Source: an uncultured Methylomirabilota bacterium
GTDB taxonomy: Bacteria > Methylomirabilota > Methylomirabilia > Methylomirabilales > 2-02-FULL-66-22
Direction of reading: 5' to 3'
DNA length: 64,000 nucleotides
Assembly: GCA_963845565.1 (NCBI GenBank)
Contig: CAWJSJ010000002.1
Coordinates: 800,001-864,000, forward strand
The stretch's first letter is position 1, and the number at the start of each line of letters is the position of its first letter. The notes beneath the pieces are model-generated. The model worked only from the letters and a program-made list of their open reading frames with translations. It had not been told where the DNA came from and made no database searches. Of this stretch, positions 37,620-47,376 are shown piece after piece. A program made the translations under genes and the position numbers.

Positions 37620-38588
37620 CTATTTCGTTTCGATCCCCAGCGTCTTCAGGAGCGTTGCGTAGGTGTCCGAAGCTTGCTTCAGCCATGTTCGGTACTCCTC
37701 CGGCCCCTGGAAGTTGATGGGCTGCCCCAGATCCTTCATGACCTTGGCGAAGTCCGGATCCTCGGTGACCGCTTTGCATTTCTCGGCCAAGTACGTGATG
37801 ACCTCTTTCGGGGTCCCCTTGGCCACGGCCATGCCTTTGACCGAACCCGCCGTCACCACGTCGAATCCAGCCTCCCGGAGCGTCGGCGTTTCGATCGAGG
37901 GGTCGCGCTTGTCGAGGGCCACACCGATGGCCCGCAGCCGCCCCGCCTTGATGTGCGGTAAGACCTCGCTGGGATGGAAGCCGCCCATGTCGGCATGGCC
38001 GCCCACCAGGCGAGTGACCGCTTCACCGCCTCCGGACCCGGGAACGGTGGTCAGCTTGAACCCCCCGGCCGTGGCGAACGCGTGCATGCTGATATCCGCC
38101 GCGCCGCCCTTGGTGCCGACGGCTCCCACCACGTTGTCCTTGGTTTTCGCCCAGGCCACGAATTCCTGAGCGGTCTTGTGCGGCGAAGTGGCAGGCACCA
38201 CCATGACCACTGAGTGGACGGAGATTCGGCAGACCGGCTCCCAGTCCTTGAAGACGTCGAAGGGGAGTTGCCGCTGATGGGGGACGACAATGTCCTCGCC
38301 CGAACCGTAACCAAAGAGGACGTTGTACCCATCCGGCCTGGCGCGGACGACGTCTACCCGTCCCGGAATCCCGCCGCCGCCAGCCTTGTTCACCACGACC
38401 ACCGGGACCGGAAAGTGCTTCGGGGCCACCTGACCTACGGCGCGGGCCAGGAGATCGGTGGATCCACCGGCCGCGTAGGGGACGACGAGCTGGATGGGCT
38501 TGTTCGGAAAGTCGGCAGCCGTCGCGGCGCCTCCGGTTCCCATCATGGCGACACAGACACCCAGGATCAGCCACAGCGTAGTTTGCAT
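37620..38588 (-). CDS. Tripartite tricarboxylate transporter substrate-binding protein (TctC/Bug)
   Basis: FPNKPIQLVVPYAAGGSTD, NKAGGGG, PDGYN. Confidence 0.93.
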   Translation of the reverse strand: MQTTLWLILGVCVAMMGTGGAATAADFPNKPIQLVVPYAAGGSTDLLARAVGQVAPKHFPVPVVVVNKAGGGGIPGRVDVVRARPDGYNVLFGYGSGEDIVVPHQRQLPFDVFKDWEPVCRISVHSVVMVVPATSPHKTAQEFVAWAKTKDNVVGAVGTKGGAADISMHAFATAGGFKLTTVPGSGGGEAVTRLVGGHADMGGFHPSEVLPHIKAGRLRAIGVALDKRDPSIETPTLREAGFDVVTAGSVKGMAVAKGTPKEVITYLAEKCKAVTEDPDFAKVMKDLGQPINFQGPEEYRTWLKQASDTYATLLKTLGIETK

Positions 38589-39018
38589 CGTTTGCTCCTC
38601 TCAGTGGGCAGACACACGATGAGGGTTCGGGAGGACAGCCAGTTGGACGCATCCTATCAGGCGGCGCCTGAGGAGCGCACGCAGAAGTGTTCGGTTGTCC
38701 GGGGCAGATACCCTTATTCGAAGGTTGTCTCGGACCGACAGGTCGTCTATGCGGATGATCCGGGCCCCGAGTGTTCTGGTGGGGCAACCGGCTATGCGCC
38801 GCGGGTGCCAGGCGCCCGCAGTGGCGGATACTTCTTCAACATGACGTGCGGTGCATTGCAGGCTTTCAAAGACGAGCTGCAGGAGATCACACGGCGAGGA
38901 GTCGCTAATCGCAATCGATGTCGGCCTCGAGTTCGGCGGAAGCGAATGTCCCGCTCTTCTTTCATCTTGTTCGGCGTCTTGGTCTTGGCGAGGAACATCA
39001 CCCTGCGGCGGACGCGTG

Positions 39019-40077
39019 TCATGGCCCGGCGCCGTGCTCTTTGAGCACGCGGGCGATCACGCCCAAGCTGGCTTCGAGGGCCGGTACCGGGGCATCCTCG
39101 GTCACGCCGATAGCGAAGCCGCGCGTCGTGCCCGCTTCGGCCAGCAGGCTGCGCGTGTGCTCGGCGATGACGTCCGGCGGTTCGATATGCATGGAGCTTG
39201 TGAAATTGAGCCAGAGGGCCTTCTTCGGCCACGCGGTGCGCGCTTCCCGAACGGAAAAGTCGCCCATTGGGGGCGGCGTCATGGCCTCGATGATGTGGCA
39301 CTCGGCCGCACCGATTTCGACGGAGAGAGATCGGAGCGTTCCGTCCATGTGCACGGCCAGCAGCTTCTCGGTGCCCCGAATCGCTGCGCTGATGGTCGCA
39401 TATTCGGGCGCAATGTACCGCTGGAACCGCTCGGGGCCGATCATGTCGCTGTATATGTTGTCCGCGCACCAGACGATCTCGGCCGGAGAAGCAGCCGCCA
39501 GATCGTAGATTTCTGCGTACCGCTTCGCCATCACGGCGAAAAGGGAGTCGAACAGGTCCCGCCGCTCCTGGTAGTCGGATGCGAACCGATCAAGCCCCAT
39601 TATCTGGTACAGCATTTCTTGGAGCGGCGTCCGCGGGATTCGCGCGAGCACCAGCCCGTCCTCCCCCACGCGCCGCTGCGCCTCCCGGAAGGCGTCATGA
39701 TTGTCCTGGAACAGCATGTCCTGGTAGTAGAACTCCATCACGCGGTAATCATCGGGTGTTTTGATGAAGTGCTCGCGGATCCAGGTCGAGGTATCGTACG
39801 CCGACTCGGGCTCGAGGACCTGCGAGGCCTCACCGACAGGCGTCCGGAGCGTCCGCTGGATGCGCTTGCGGCCGTTCTCGAAGTACTCACGGCTGATCAC
39901 CTCGACGGCGCGATGGCGGACGCGGAAGGGCGGAAGCCGGGGAATGAGGCCGACCCCGGCCTCACGGAGCAGGCGTTCGGTGCGGCCGCGCGGCAGCATC
40001 CAATCGTAGATCGTCAACGGCACCCGATCCGGCCGCTGTCCGCGCATGGCGGTGAGAAGGCGCTCTTTGACGGTCAC
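39019..40077 (-). CDS. UROD/MtaA-fold (uroporphyrinogen decarboxylase family) protein
   Basis: MTVKERLLTAMRGQRPDRVP, WCADN, IGPERF, VHMDG, GVTED. Confidence 0.78.
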   Translation of the reverse strand: MTVKERLLTAMRGQRPDRVPLTIYDWMLPRGRTERLLREAGVGLIPRLPPFRVRHRAVEVISREYFENGRKRIQRTLRTPVGEASQVLEPESAYDTSTWIREHFIKTPDDYRVMEFYYQDMLFQDNHDAFREAQRRVGEDGLVLARIPRTPLQEMLYQIMGLDRFASDYQERRDLFDSLFAVMAKRYAEIYDLAAASPAEIVWCADNIYSDMIGPERFQRYIAPEYATISAAIRGTEKLLAVHMDGTLRSLSVEIGAAECHIIEAMTPPPMGDFSVREARTAWPKKALWLNFTSSMHIEPPDVIAEHTRSLLAEAGTTRGFAIGVTEDAPVPALEASLGVIARVLKEHGAGP

Positions 40078-40133
40078 GATCACCTCAATTAACCGCCGCG
40101 TGTCCCCGCGAGCCGCGCCGGACTCGGCCCCGG

Positions 40134-41267
40134 TCACCCGCGCAGCGGGTACACGCCGTGGGCGAGAACGGTTTCGAACATGCGCACCACGTTTTCTGGC
40201 GGGACCCCAGGCTGAATATTGTGGATCTGGTTGAATACAAACCCGCCGCCCGGTCCCAGGGCCGCGATGCGCTGGCGGACCTCCCGCTCAACGTCATCGG
40301 GGGTTCCGAACGTGAGCACGCGCTGGGTGTCGCACCCGCCGCCCCAGAAACTTAGATCTTTGCCGAACTCCCGTTTCAGCTCGCGCGGGTTCATGCCCTC
40401 CGCGGCCACCTGGACCGGATTGAGGATGTCCACACCGATCTCGATCAGGTCCGGAATGAACCGGCGTACCGAGCCGCAGCTATGCAAGAACAGTTTGGCG
40501 TCGGTCCGGCCCTTGATGAACTGCCAGACCCGCTTCTGAGCCGGCTTGACCATCCTGCGATACGTCTCGGGCGAGATCAGCGGCCCGTCTTGTGACCCGA
40601 GATCCTCGGCCACCATGACGACGTCCACGTACGGTCCGACTTCGGCCAGCACCCGGTCGTAAAGAGCGACCTGGTAGTCGGCGACCCCCTGGATCAATGC
40701 CTCAGCGAATTGGGGCTCCGCGACCATGTCCATGTAGAAGTTCTCGAAGCCCCGCAACGCCCAGCCCTGCTCGAAGGCGCCGAATCCCGTGTTGTCCAGG
40801 ACGACGGCGTACGTGCCTTGCTCCCGGAGCGCGCGCGCCCGGTCGGCGATGCCGGCGGTGCGGCCCGGATCGTGGGGGTCGGGCCAGCGGTAGGCCTTGA
40901 GCGCCTCCATCGTCGGCTCGGGAATCGGGTGCGCCACCATGTCCCAGTACAGGCTTGACGGCGGCTTCTGCCAGCGCGTTCCCCAGATATCCAGGTAGGA
41001 ATTGTCGGGGTCGAGGCGCACCTGGTACCCTCGCGGGGCGCCGACGCGCACATAGCGCGTATCGATCCCGAATCGGTGCAGGATCGGTTCGTCCACCTCC
41101 ACGTGATCGCGCACGAAGGTCCTGGTCTGGCTCTTGAACCCCAGCAAGGCCTTCAGGCGATCGTAGGCCTCGACCTCGATCCCCGTGGTGCCCCCGCCCA
41201 GGTCAATCGGAACGCGATCCGGCTCTTCGTGGCGCACACTCGCGAGCAGGCGTTCTCTGGAAGTCAC
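40134..41267 (-). CDS. UROD/MtaA-fold (uroporphyrinogen decarboxylase family) protein
   Basis: MTSRER..HEEPDRVP, EDLGSQ..ISPETY, HSCG, LNPVQ, FWGGGCDTQ, HNIQPGVPPEN. Confidence 0.88.
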   Translation of the reverse strand: MTSRERLLASVRHEEPDRVPIDLGGGTTGIEVEAYDRLKALLGFKSQTRTFVRDHVEVDEPILHRFGIDTRYVRVGAPRGYQVRLDPDNSYLDIWGTRWQKPPSSLYWDMVAHPIPEPTMEALKAYRWPDPHDPGRTAGIADRARALREQGTYAVVLDNTGFGAFEQGWALRGFENFYMDMVAEPQFAEALIQGVADYQVALYDRVLAEVGPYVDVVMVAEDLGSQDGPLISPETYRRMVKPAQKRVWQFIKGRTDAKLFLHSCGSVRRFIPDLIEIGVDILNPVQVAAEGMNPRELKREFGKDLSFWGGGCDTQRVLTFGTPDDVEREVRQRIAALGPGGGFVFNQIHNIQPGVPPENVVRMFETVLAHGVYPLRG

Positions 41268-41302
41268 GCACCCCTCCTTGACCACACTTCTGGATCAACC
41301 GT

Positions 41303-42019
41303 CTATCCGCCCAGATAACTCTTTCGCACGTTTTCGTTGTTCAACAAGTCTTCGCATTTCTCACACATAACGATTTTACCACTCTCGAGCACATAGCCTC
41401 GATCGGCGATGCTCAATGCCGCCTTGGAGTTCTGCTCAACCAGCAGGATCGGCATGCCTTCCTTGTTGATTTCACGAATGATCTGAAACACTTCTTTCAC
41501 GATCAGCGGCGCCAACCCGAGGGACGGCTCATCCATCAAGATCAGCTTCGGTTTGGCCATCAGGGCGCGCGCAATCGCCAACATCTGCTGTTCGCCGCCG
41601 CTCAGCGTCCCGCCCAGCTGCTTTTCCCGTTCATGCAGCCGGGGAAAGCGACGGTAGATGTTCTGGAGGTCACCATCGATCGCAGTCTTGTCGGTGCGCA
41701 GGTACGCCCCCATCATCAGGTTTTCCTTGATGGTCAGGTGGGGGAAGATATGCCGGCCTTCCAGCACCTGGGTGATTCCACATTTTGAGACTTCGTGCGG
41801 CTTCATCCCATTCAGGCTCTTTCCCATGAACGTGACGGTGCCGCTTTCGAAGTGACCCAGCAACCCCGAGATGCAATGGAGCGTCGTCGTCTTTCCCGCG
41901 CCGTTTGCGCCGATCAATGCGACGATCTCGCCCTCTCCGATCGTCAGATTGACCCCTTTCAGCGCTCGGATCTTCCCGTAAGAGTGCAGCAGATTGTTGA
42001 CTTCCAGAATGTTCGGCAT
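41303..42019 (-). CDS. livF: Branched-chain amino acid-type ABC transporter ATP-binding protein
   Basis: [26 protein letters not shown]. Confidence 0.94.
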   Translation of the reverse strand: MPNILEVNNLLHSYGKIRALKGVNLTIGEGEIVALIGANGAGKTTTLHCISGLLGHFESGTVTFMGKSLNGMKPHEVSKCGITQVLEGRHIFPHLTIKENLMMGAYLRTDKTAIDGDLQNIYRRFPRLHEREKQLGGTLSGGEQQMLAIARALMAKPKLILMDEPSLGLAPLIVKEVFQIIREINKEGMPILLVEQNSKAALSIADRGYVLESGKIVMCEKCEDLLNNENVRKSYLGG

Positions 42020-42780
42020 CAGACATCTTCCCCCAGATACGCCTTGATGACTTCGGGATTCGTTTGGATATCAGCCGGTTGTCCTTCCGCAATCAATTTG
42101 CCGAAGTTCAGCACGAACACGTATTCGGTCAACCCCATGACCACTTTCATATCGTGTTCCACCACCAAGACGGTGATGCCGAAATCCCTGATCTTCCGGA
42201 TGAATTCGACCAGTTCCTGTTTCTCTTTGGTGTTCATTCCGGCTGCCGGCTCGTCCAGGAGGAGGAGTTTCGGATCGCTGGCTATGCCGCGGCAGATTTC
42301 CAACCGGCGCTGTTCGCCGTAGGATAGGTTCCTGGAGGTTTCTCCGGCTTTATGCTGCAGTCCAACCATGTGCAGAATCTCCATGGACTTGTCCCGGAGA
42401 TCCTTTTCTTCCTTTCGCTGGGCCGGCGTCCGGAATACGCTGCCCGCGATTCCCGCTGATAGCCGCGGATGCCGTCCGACCATGATGTTTTCCAGGACGG
42501 TCATGCTGCGAAACAGGTTGATATTCTGGTACGTCCGGGCGATACCCAGATTGTTGACCTGGTAGGGGTGCAGGCCGTCAATTCTGTGGTCCTGAAAGTG
42601 AATCGTTCCACCAGACGGTTTGTAGTATCCCGCGATCACGTTGAACAACGTCGTTTTGCCGGCACCGTTCGGGCCGATGAGTCCGCAAATATCGTGCGGC
42701 TTGATCTGCAAGGTCACATGATCCACGGCAGTCAAGCCGCCAAATTTCATCGTCACGTTTTCGACGCTAATCAGCGACAC
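42019..42780 (-). CDS. livG: Branched-chain amino acid-type ABC transporter ATP-binding protein
   Basis: FGGLTAV, GPNGAGKT, LSYGEQRRLE, DEPAAG, VEHDM. Confidence 0.94.
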   Translation of the reverse strand: MSLISVENVTMKFGGLTAVDHVTLQIKPHDICGLIGPNGAGKTTLFNVIAGYYKPSGGTIHFQDHRIDGLHPYQVNNLGIARTYQNINLFRSMTVLENIMVGRHPRLSAGIAGSVFRTPAQRKEEKDLRDKSMEILHMVGLQHKAGETSRNLSYGEQRRLEICRGIASDPKLLLLDEPAAGMNTKEKQELVEFIRKIRDFGITVLVVEHDMKVVMGLTEYVFVLNFGKLIAEGQPADIQTNPEVIKAYLGEDV

Positions 42781-43744
42781 GGTTCACCGCCTTCAGCAGA
42801 TGTCGCTGAATCATCTTCACGACGCCCACCAAACCTTCCGGCACGTAGATGACCGCGACCACGATGAAGATGCCGTACACCAGCATCTGATACGAACCCA
42901 ACACCTGGATGGCTTCATTGATGACCGTAATCACGACCGCCCCGATGATCGGACCGACAAACGTCCCCATCCCGCCGCACAGGACGGCGGTCAAGAACAG
43001 GACCGACTGATCCAACGTAAATGACTCCGGGCTGATGAAGCCGATGTAGTGCGCGTAGAGCGCGCCGGCGATGCCGGTGAATGCGGCACTGCAGGCAAAC
43101 GCCACCACCTTGTAGTACGTCACGTTGATTCCCATGGCATTCGCGGCGTCGGTATTCTCGCGAATTGCGATGAACGCGCGTCCAATTCGGGAATCCACGA
43201 TACGCTGTTTGACCAGCAACGACAGCACGACGACGGCCAGCACGATGTAGTAATAGCTGGACACATTGAAGACATAGTCCCCGATGCGGGGCATCGGAAT
43301 AGCCCGCACACCGGTGAAGCTCCCCGTCAGGTCGGGCAGGTTGATGATCGCCTGATGGGTCAGTTCGCCGATCCCGATCGTGACGAGGGCGAGGAACATG
43401 TGCACCAGCTTGCAGATTGGAAGCGCGACCAGCGCCGCAAAAACGGTCGCGAGCACGCCACCGGCGAGCATGGCGAGCCAGACGTTGATCCCGAGCTTGG
43501 TCGTCAGGATGGCAGACGTATATGCGCCCACCGCATAGAACGCTGCCTGCCCGATCGAAATCTGGCCGGAATATCCGAACAGAAGGTCGAGCCCGATAGA
43601 CGCGATGACAAAGATGCCTGATAGACTCAGAATGAGCATCAGGTAGGCGTTGTTCCCCACCCACGCGGGGAGCCCCACGAATACGAGGATGAACGCCAGG
43701 GCTATGAGCCAATTCTTGTAACGGGCCAAGATGTCATCTCCCAC
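42767..43744 (-). CDS. livM: Branched-chain amino acid-type ABC transporter permease
   Basis: GYSGQISIGQAAF, GRAFIAIREN, GGMGT. Confidence 0.92.
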   Translation of the reverse strand: MGDDILARYKNWLIALAFILVFVGLPAWVGNNAYLMLILSLSGIFVIASIGLDLLFGYSGQISIGQAAFYAVGAYTSAILTTKLGINVWLAMLAGGVLATVFAALVALPICKLVHMFLALVTIGIGELTHQAIINLPDLTGSFTGVRAIPMPRIGDYVFNVSSYYYIVLAVVVLSLLVKQRIVDSRIGRAFIAIRENTDAANAMGINVTYYKVVAFACSAAFTGIAGALYAHYIGFISPESFTLDQSVLFLTAVLCGGMGTFVGPIIGAVVITVINEAIQVLGSYQMLVYGIFIVVAVIYVPEGLVGVVKMIQRHLLKAVNRVAD

Positions 43745-43753
43745 ATCGAGGGG

Positions 43754-44626
43754 TTACGATTCGATAATCTTCTCGTTGAAAATCCCGGTCGGCTTGATGA
43801 CGAGAAACACGATGAACACAAAGAACGCGATGAAGTCTTTGTAGCTCGACGACAGGTACCCTGCCGCCATCGTTTCGATCACCCCAACGATCATTCCGCC
43901 CAAGATCGCGCCGTACATATTGCCGTACCCGCCGATGACGGCGGCGGCAAAGCCTTTCAGTCCGATCAAGGCGCCCATCAGCATGTATACGCCGTACACG
44001 GGGCCGATGATGATGCCGCTGACGGCCGCCAAAGCAGACGAGATGGCCCAGCTCAACCCTTTGGAAAAGGAGACGTTGATCCCGCAGACATTTGCGGCGT
44101 TGCTGTCCTGGGCAGCCGCCCGCATGGCCGTCCCGATCTTGGTGTAATTCATGAACAGATGCAGGAGCACCATGGACGCCAAGGCGACGACAATTCCCGA
44201 AATAGACTCAGGAGCCACCTTGACCGTACCAAATTCAAGATATTCGACTTTGAAAATGGGAGGGAACTGCTGGATCTCACTTGTCCAAATAATGGCTGCA
44301 AGGTTCTGCAGGGCGATCGAGATGCCGATGGTCGCAAGGACCACATGAATCGCGGACCCGCCGCCGCCAAGAATCGTGCGGATAATGGTTTTTTCGAAGA
44401 CGAAACCAAACACGAACATAATCACCACGGTCGCCAGCAGCGCCACGAGGAACGGCATGTGGAATAGCTTGAAAAATGTGTACCCCAGGAACGCGCCGAT
44501 CATCAGGACCTCACCCTGGGCGAAGGTGAGCAGCCCCGACGTCTTGTAGATGATTCCGTACCCCAGGCCCAGCAGGCCATAAATCCCGCCGAGCATGATG
44601 GCACCGATCAGCAACTGAATAAACAT
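43754..44626 (-). CDS. livH: Branched-chain amino acid-type ABC transporter permease
   Basis: GGIYGLLGLG, TFAQGE, GTAMRAAAQD, AVIGGYG, KPTG. Confidence 0.92.
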   Translation of the reverse strand: MFIQLLIGAIMLGGIYGLLGLGYGIIYKTSGLLTFAQGEVLMIGAFLGYTFFKLFHMPFLVALLATVVIMFVFGFVFEKTIIRTILGGGGSAIHVVLATIGISIALQNLAAIIWTSEIQQFPPIFKVEYLEFGTVKVAPESISGIVVALASMVLLHLFMNYTKIGTAMRAAAQDSNAANVCGINVSFSKGLSWAISSALAAVSGIIIGPVYGVYMLMGALIGLKGFAAAVIGGYGNMYGAILGGMIVGVIETMAAGYLSSSYKDFIAFFVFIVFLVIKPTGIFNEKIIES

Positions 44627-44660
44627 AGCGTCTGCATCTCCCAATATCGCTGACCAGATC

Positions 44661-44851
44661 TAGCAGGCTGCTGAAAGAGGCCCATCTGCCGCGTTGCGGC
44701 CACCCATCGGAATGGGTACCCGGCGCGGCGCTGCGACGTACGCGCTAAGTACGCCTCCGACCCGCCTGCGGTGGGTACCCCGCGGATCGCGCCGCGCCTT
44801 GCATCTGGGCCTTTTTGAGCAGCCTGAAAGAAAACTGATTTTCAGCTTCCT
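44661..44851 (-). mobile_element. MITE family B, copy 3
   Basis: TAGCAGGCTGCTGAAAGAGGCCCATCTGC...GCATCTGGGCCTTTTTGAGCAGCCTG plus a degenerate outer end TTTTCAGCTTCCT. Confidence 0.82.
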
Positions 44852-44890
44852 CCCAGAAGGCGCGAGCCGATTATGGGCGTCAGCGGTGCC

Positions 44891-44926
44891 GACCTGCCAC
44901 CGGCACGGACGCGCCGGTGGCAGGTC
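44891..44926 (-). terminator. Intercistronic stem-loop after the ABC binding-protein gene
   Basis: Perfect 14-bp IR GACCTGCCACCGGC / GCCGGTGGCAGGTC. Confidence 0.55.
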
Positions 44927-45004
44927 TGGCTTCGAGCCGAGTTACCACAGATGCATGCTGACAAGTGTAGTCGAGATCCCGTCGACAACCTGACATTTCA
45001 TGGG

Positions 45005-46186
45005 CTATGGCGCGAGCTCCATCACCTTGCCTTCTTGGATGACGAAGAAGCTGGAGATCTTGATGCCATCGCCCTTGGCCCCCTTGAAATTGAACTTTCC
45101 GCCCAGCCCTTCGTAATCGTCAATGTTTTCAATGGCGTCGCGGACCTTGGGTCCCTCGACCGACTTCGCATTCGCAAACGCCTTCATGAGGATCTTCATG
45201 CCGTCATAGGCGCGATAGGTGTTCTCGCTCATCGGCGCTTCTTTGTAGTTCGCGAAATAGGTCTCCAAGTACTTTTGGAGCAGGGGATTCTTGAAGTTCT
45301 TGATGTCGTCCTTGGTGTCGGGCAGGATGTACGGTGCGGTGAAGTACACGCCGTTTGCGGCACTGCCGGCGATCTCGCGCACGGGCTTGGCCGAGAACGA
45401 GGTGTCACCGATCACCGGCTTGTTGAATCCGGCTTTCCGCAATTGCTTCATGACCGGCCCCGCGTCATTGGACAGCACGACCACGAAGACGACATCGGCA
45501 CCCGACTGGACGATCTTCGCGCACTGACCGGTGAAATCCTGATCGCCCGCCTTGTGCGTCTCACGTGCGACGATTTCGTACCCGCCGGCCTTCTCCAGCA
45601 ATTCGGCCATATCTTTCGTGGAGCCGATGCCGAATTCATCGTTGATATGGAAGAAGGCAACCTTCTTCGCATTCAGTCTCTTGAAGAGCTTCAGGGACTC
45701 CAAGTTCGTGTAGTAGGTGTTGACCACCGGCCGGAAGATATACGTCCACCCCTGACGAGTCCACGTGGCACCAACCGCGCCGCCCATCAACGGAACCTTC
45801 GCCGCTTCTATGGTCGGGCCGACCGCAAAGATGGAGTTGCTCAGCTGCGGCCCGTAGATCGCGTGCACCTTGTCCTGGTTGACCAGCCGGGTGACGGCCT
45901 TCATCGCCTCGGCCGGGTTGCCCTTTTCGTCGTACACGACCAGCTCGATCGGCTTCCCGTTGATCTTGCCGCCGGCTTCCTTGATGGCAATATCGTGCCC
46001 GCGTCGAGAGTCGATGCCCATCTGGGCGCCCGGCCCGGTCAGGTACAGCGCGACGCCGATCTTGACGGCCTTGGCGTCTTCCCATGACTTGTCTGGGGCT
46101 GCCGCCGCGCCGGCGCTCGCAATGTTCGGGAGCGCGCCGACCGCGAACACGGCCAACAACATCATCAACACGAGAACCTTTTTCAT
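45005..46186 (-). CDS. LivJ/K-like ABC transporter substrate-binding protein
   Basis: Signal peptide MKKVLVL; KIGV..LTGP.A, INGKPIELVVYD, YDG. Confidence 0.93.
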   Translation of the reverse strand: MKKVLVLMMLLAVFAVGALPNIASAGAAAAPDKSWEDAKAVKIGVALYLTGPGAQMGIDSRRGHDIAIKEAGGKINGKPIELVVYDEKGNPAEAMKAVTRLVNQDKVHAIYGPQLSNSIFAVGPTIEAAKVPLMGGAVGATWTRQGWTYIFRPVVNTYYTNLESLKLFKRLNAKKVAFFHINDEFGIGSTKDMAELLEKAGGYEIVARETHKAGDQDFTGQCAKIVQSGADVVFVVVLSNDAGPVMKQLRKAGFNKPVIGDTSFSAKPVREIAGSAANGVYFTAPYILPDTKDDIKNFKNPLLQKYLETYFANYKEAPMSENTYRAYDGMKILMKAFANAKSVEGPKVRDAIENIDDYEGLGGKFNFKGAKGDGIKISSFFVIQEGKVMELAP

Positions 46187-46356
46187 GATTGCCCTCCTGT
46201 CTCTACGCCCTGTTCTCACCAAGTACACTCACTGTGGGATTCGCCCTTGCGTCACCATCCCTCCCTTCCAAACTCATGAGGTTCTGAAACTCCAGCTTGC
46301 CGGACCAGATTCCCCTGCTGCAGCCGTGCGCTTCGCAGTCTCGCACGATTCCCGGC

Positions 46357-47337
46357 CTACTCGGACGGGTCGCGGAGCGATGGGTGTTTCTTCAGCACCT
46401 TGATGAAGTCAATCAGCATCGTGTTCCGCCGGGCCAGGATGCGCTCGACATCGCCCGGGCCGTACTCGTAGACGCCGCCGCCGGATTTTGCCCCGAGGCG
46501 GCCCTGCGCCGCGAGGGTCGCGAACAGTGGCGGCGGCGCGGTGTCGTTCGAAAGAAGCGGGAAGAGGAGGGCCACAGTGGCGGCATGCGTATCCACGCCG
46601 GCGAGGTCCGCGTGCTCGAGTGGCCCCACGACCGACCAGCGGAAGCCCAGCCCCTGCTTCAGAGCGATCTCCAGGTCTGCGCCGCTGCAGGCACCGATCC
46701 GCTCCAGGTAAAAGAATTCGCGTTCCAGAGAGCGCTGGAGCCGATTCCCGACGAAGCCCGGGATGTCCTTCTGTACCCGGATGGGGGACTTGCCGATGGT
46801 CTGGGCCAAGCGATATGTTGCGTCCATCGCCTCGTCCGACGTCCGCTCGCCCCGGATCACCTCCACGAGAGGGATCAGGTGCGGTGGATTGAACCAATGA
46901 AAGCCGACGACTCGTTCCGGGTATTTCGTATCTCGGGCGACCTGGGTGATAGGGAGGCTGGAAGTGTTGGTGGACAGGATTGTCTCGGGCGGGGCCAGCC
47001 GGTCCAACTCGGCAAAGAGCGGCTGCTTGACGTCCAACCGCTCGGGGACGTTCTCGCTGACGAAGGCCGCGCCCGCCAGGGCCTCCTGGAGGTTCTGGGT
47101 CACCGAGATCCGCGCACACGCCGCCTCCGCATCCGCCGGGGCGAGCAGTTCGTGCCGGACCAGCTCGTCCTGGTTCACGCGGATGCGCCGGAGCGCCGCC
47201 TCCAACGTCTCGCGCTTCCGCGCCTGCAGACGGACGGGGTGGCCAGCCTGCGCAAAGATCTGGGCGATCCCCGCCCCCATGGTACCGGCGCCGACGACAG
47301 CGACAGGACATTTCGTAGTGGAGCCGTCGGGCATCAT
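46357..47337 (-). CDS. 3-hydroxyacyl-CoA dehydrogenase family protein
   Basis: VVGAGTMGAGIA, ENVPE, STNTSS, HWFNPP.L.PLVE, GFVGNRL. Confidence 0.92.
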   Translation of the reverse strand: MMPDGSTTKCPVAVVGAGTMGAGIAQIFAQAGHPVRLQARKRETLEAALRRIRVNQDELVRHELLAPADAEAACARISVTQNLQEALAGAAFVSENVPERLDVKQPLFAELDRLAPPETILSTNTSSLPITQVARDTKYPERVVGFHWFNPPHLIPLVEVIRGERTSDEAMDATYRLAQTIGKSPIRVQKDIPGFVGNRLQRSLEREFFYLERIGACSGADLEIALKQGLGFRWSVVGPLEHADLAGVDTHAATVALLFPLLSNDTAPPPLFATLAAQGRLGAKSGGGVYEYGPGDVERILARRNTMLIDFIKVLKKHPSLRDPSE

Positions 47338-47376
47338 GTCGTCCTCCGCATGTTCTTCAGCCAGCAGCCCCCAGTC

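Noticed and set aside
39019..41267. Heme-biosynthetic HemE
   Set aside because: No RQAGR motif and no hem gene context. Assigned only to the broader fold family.
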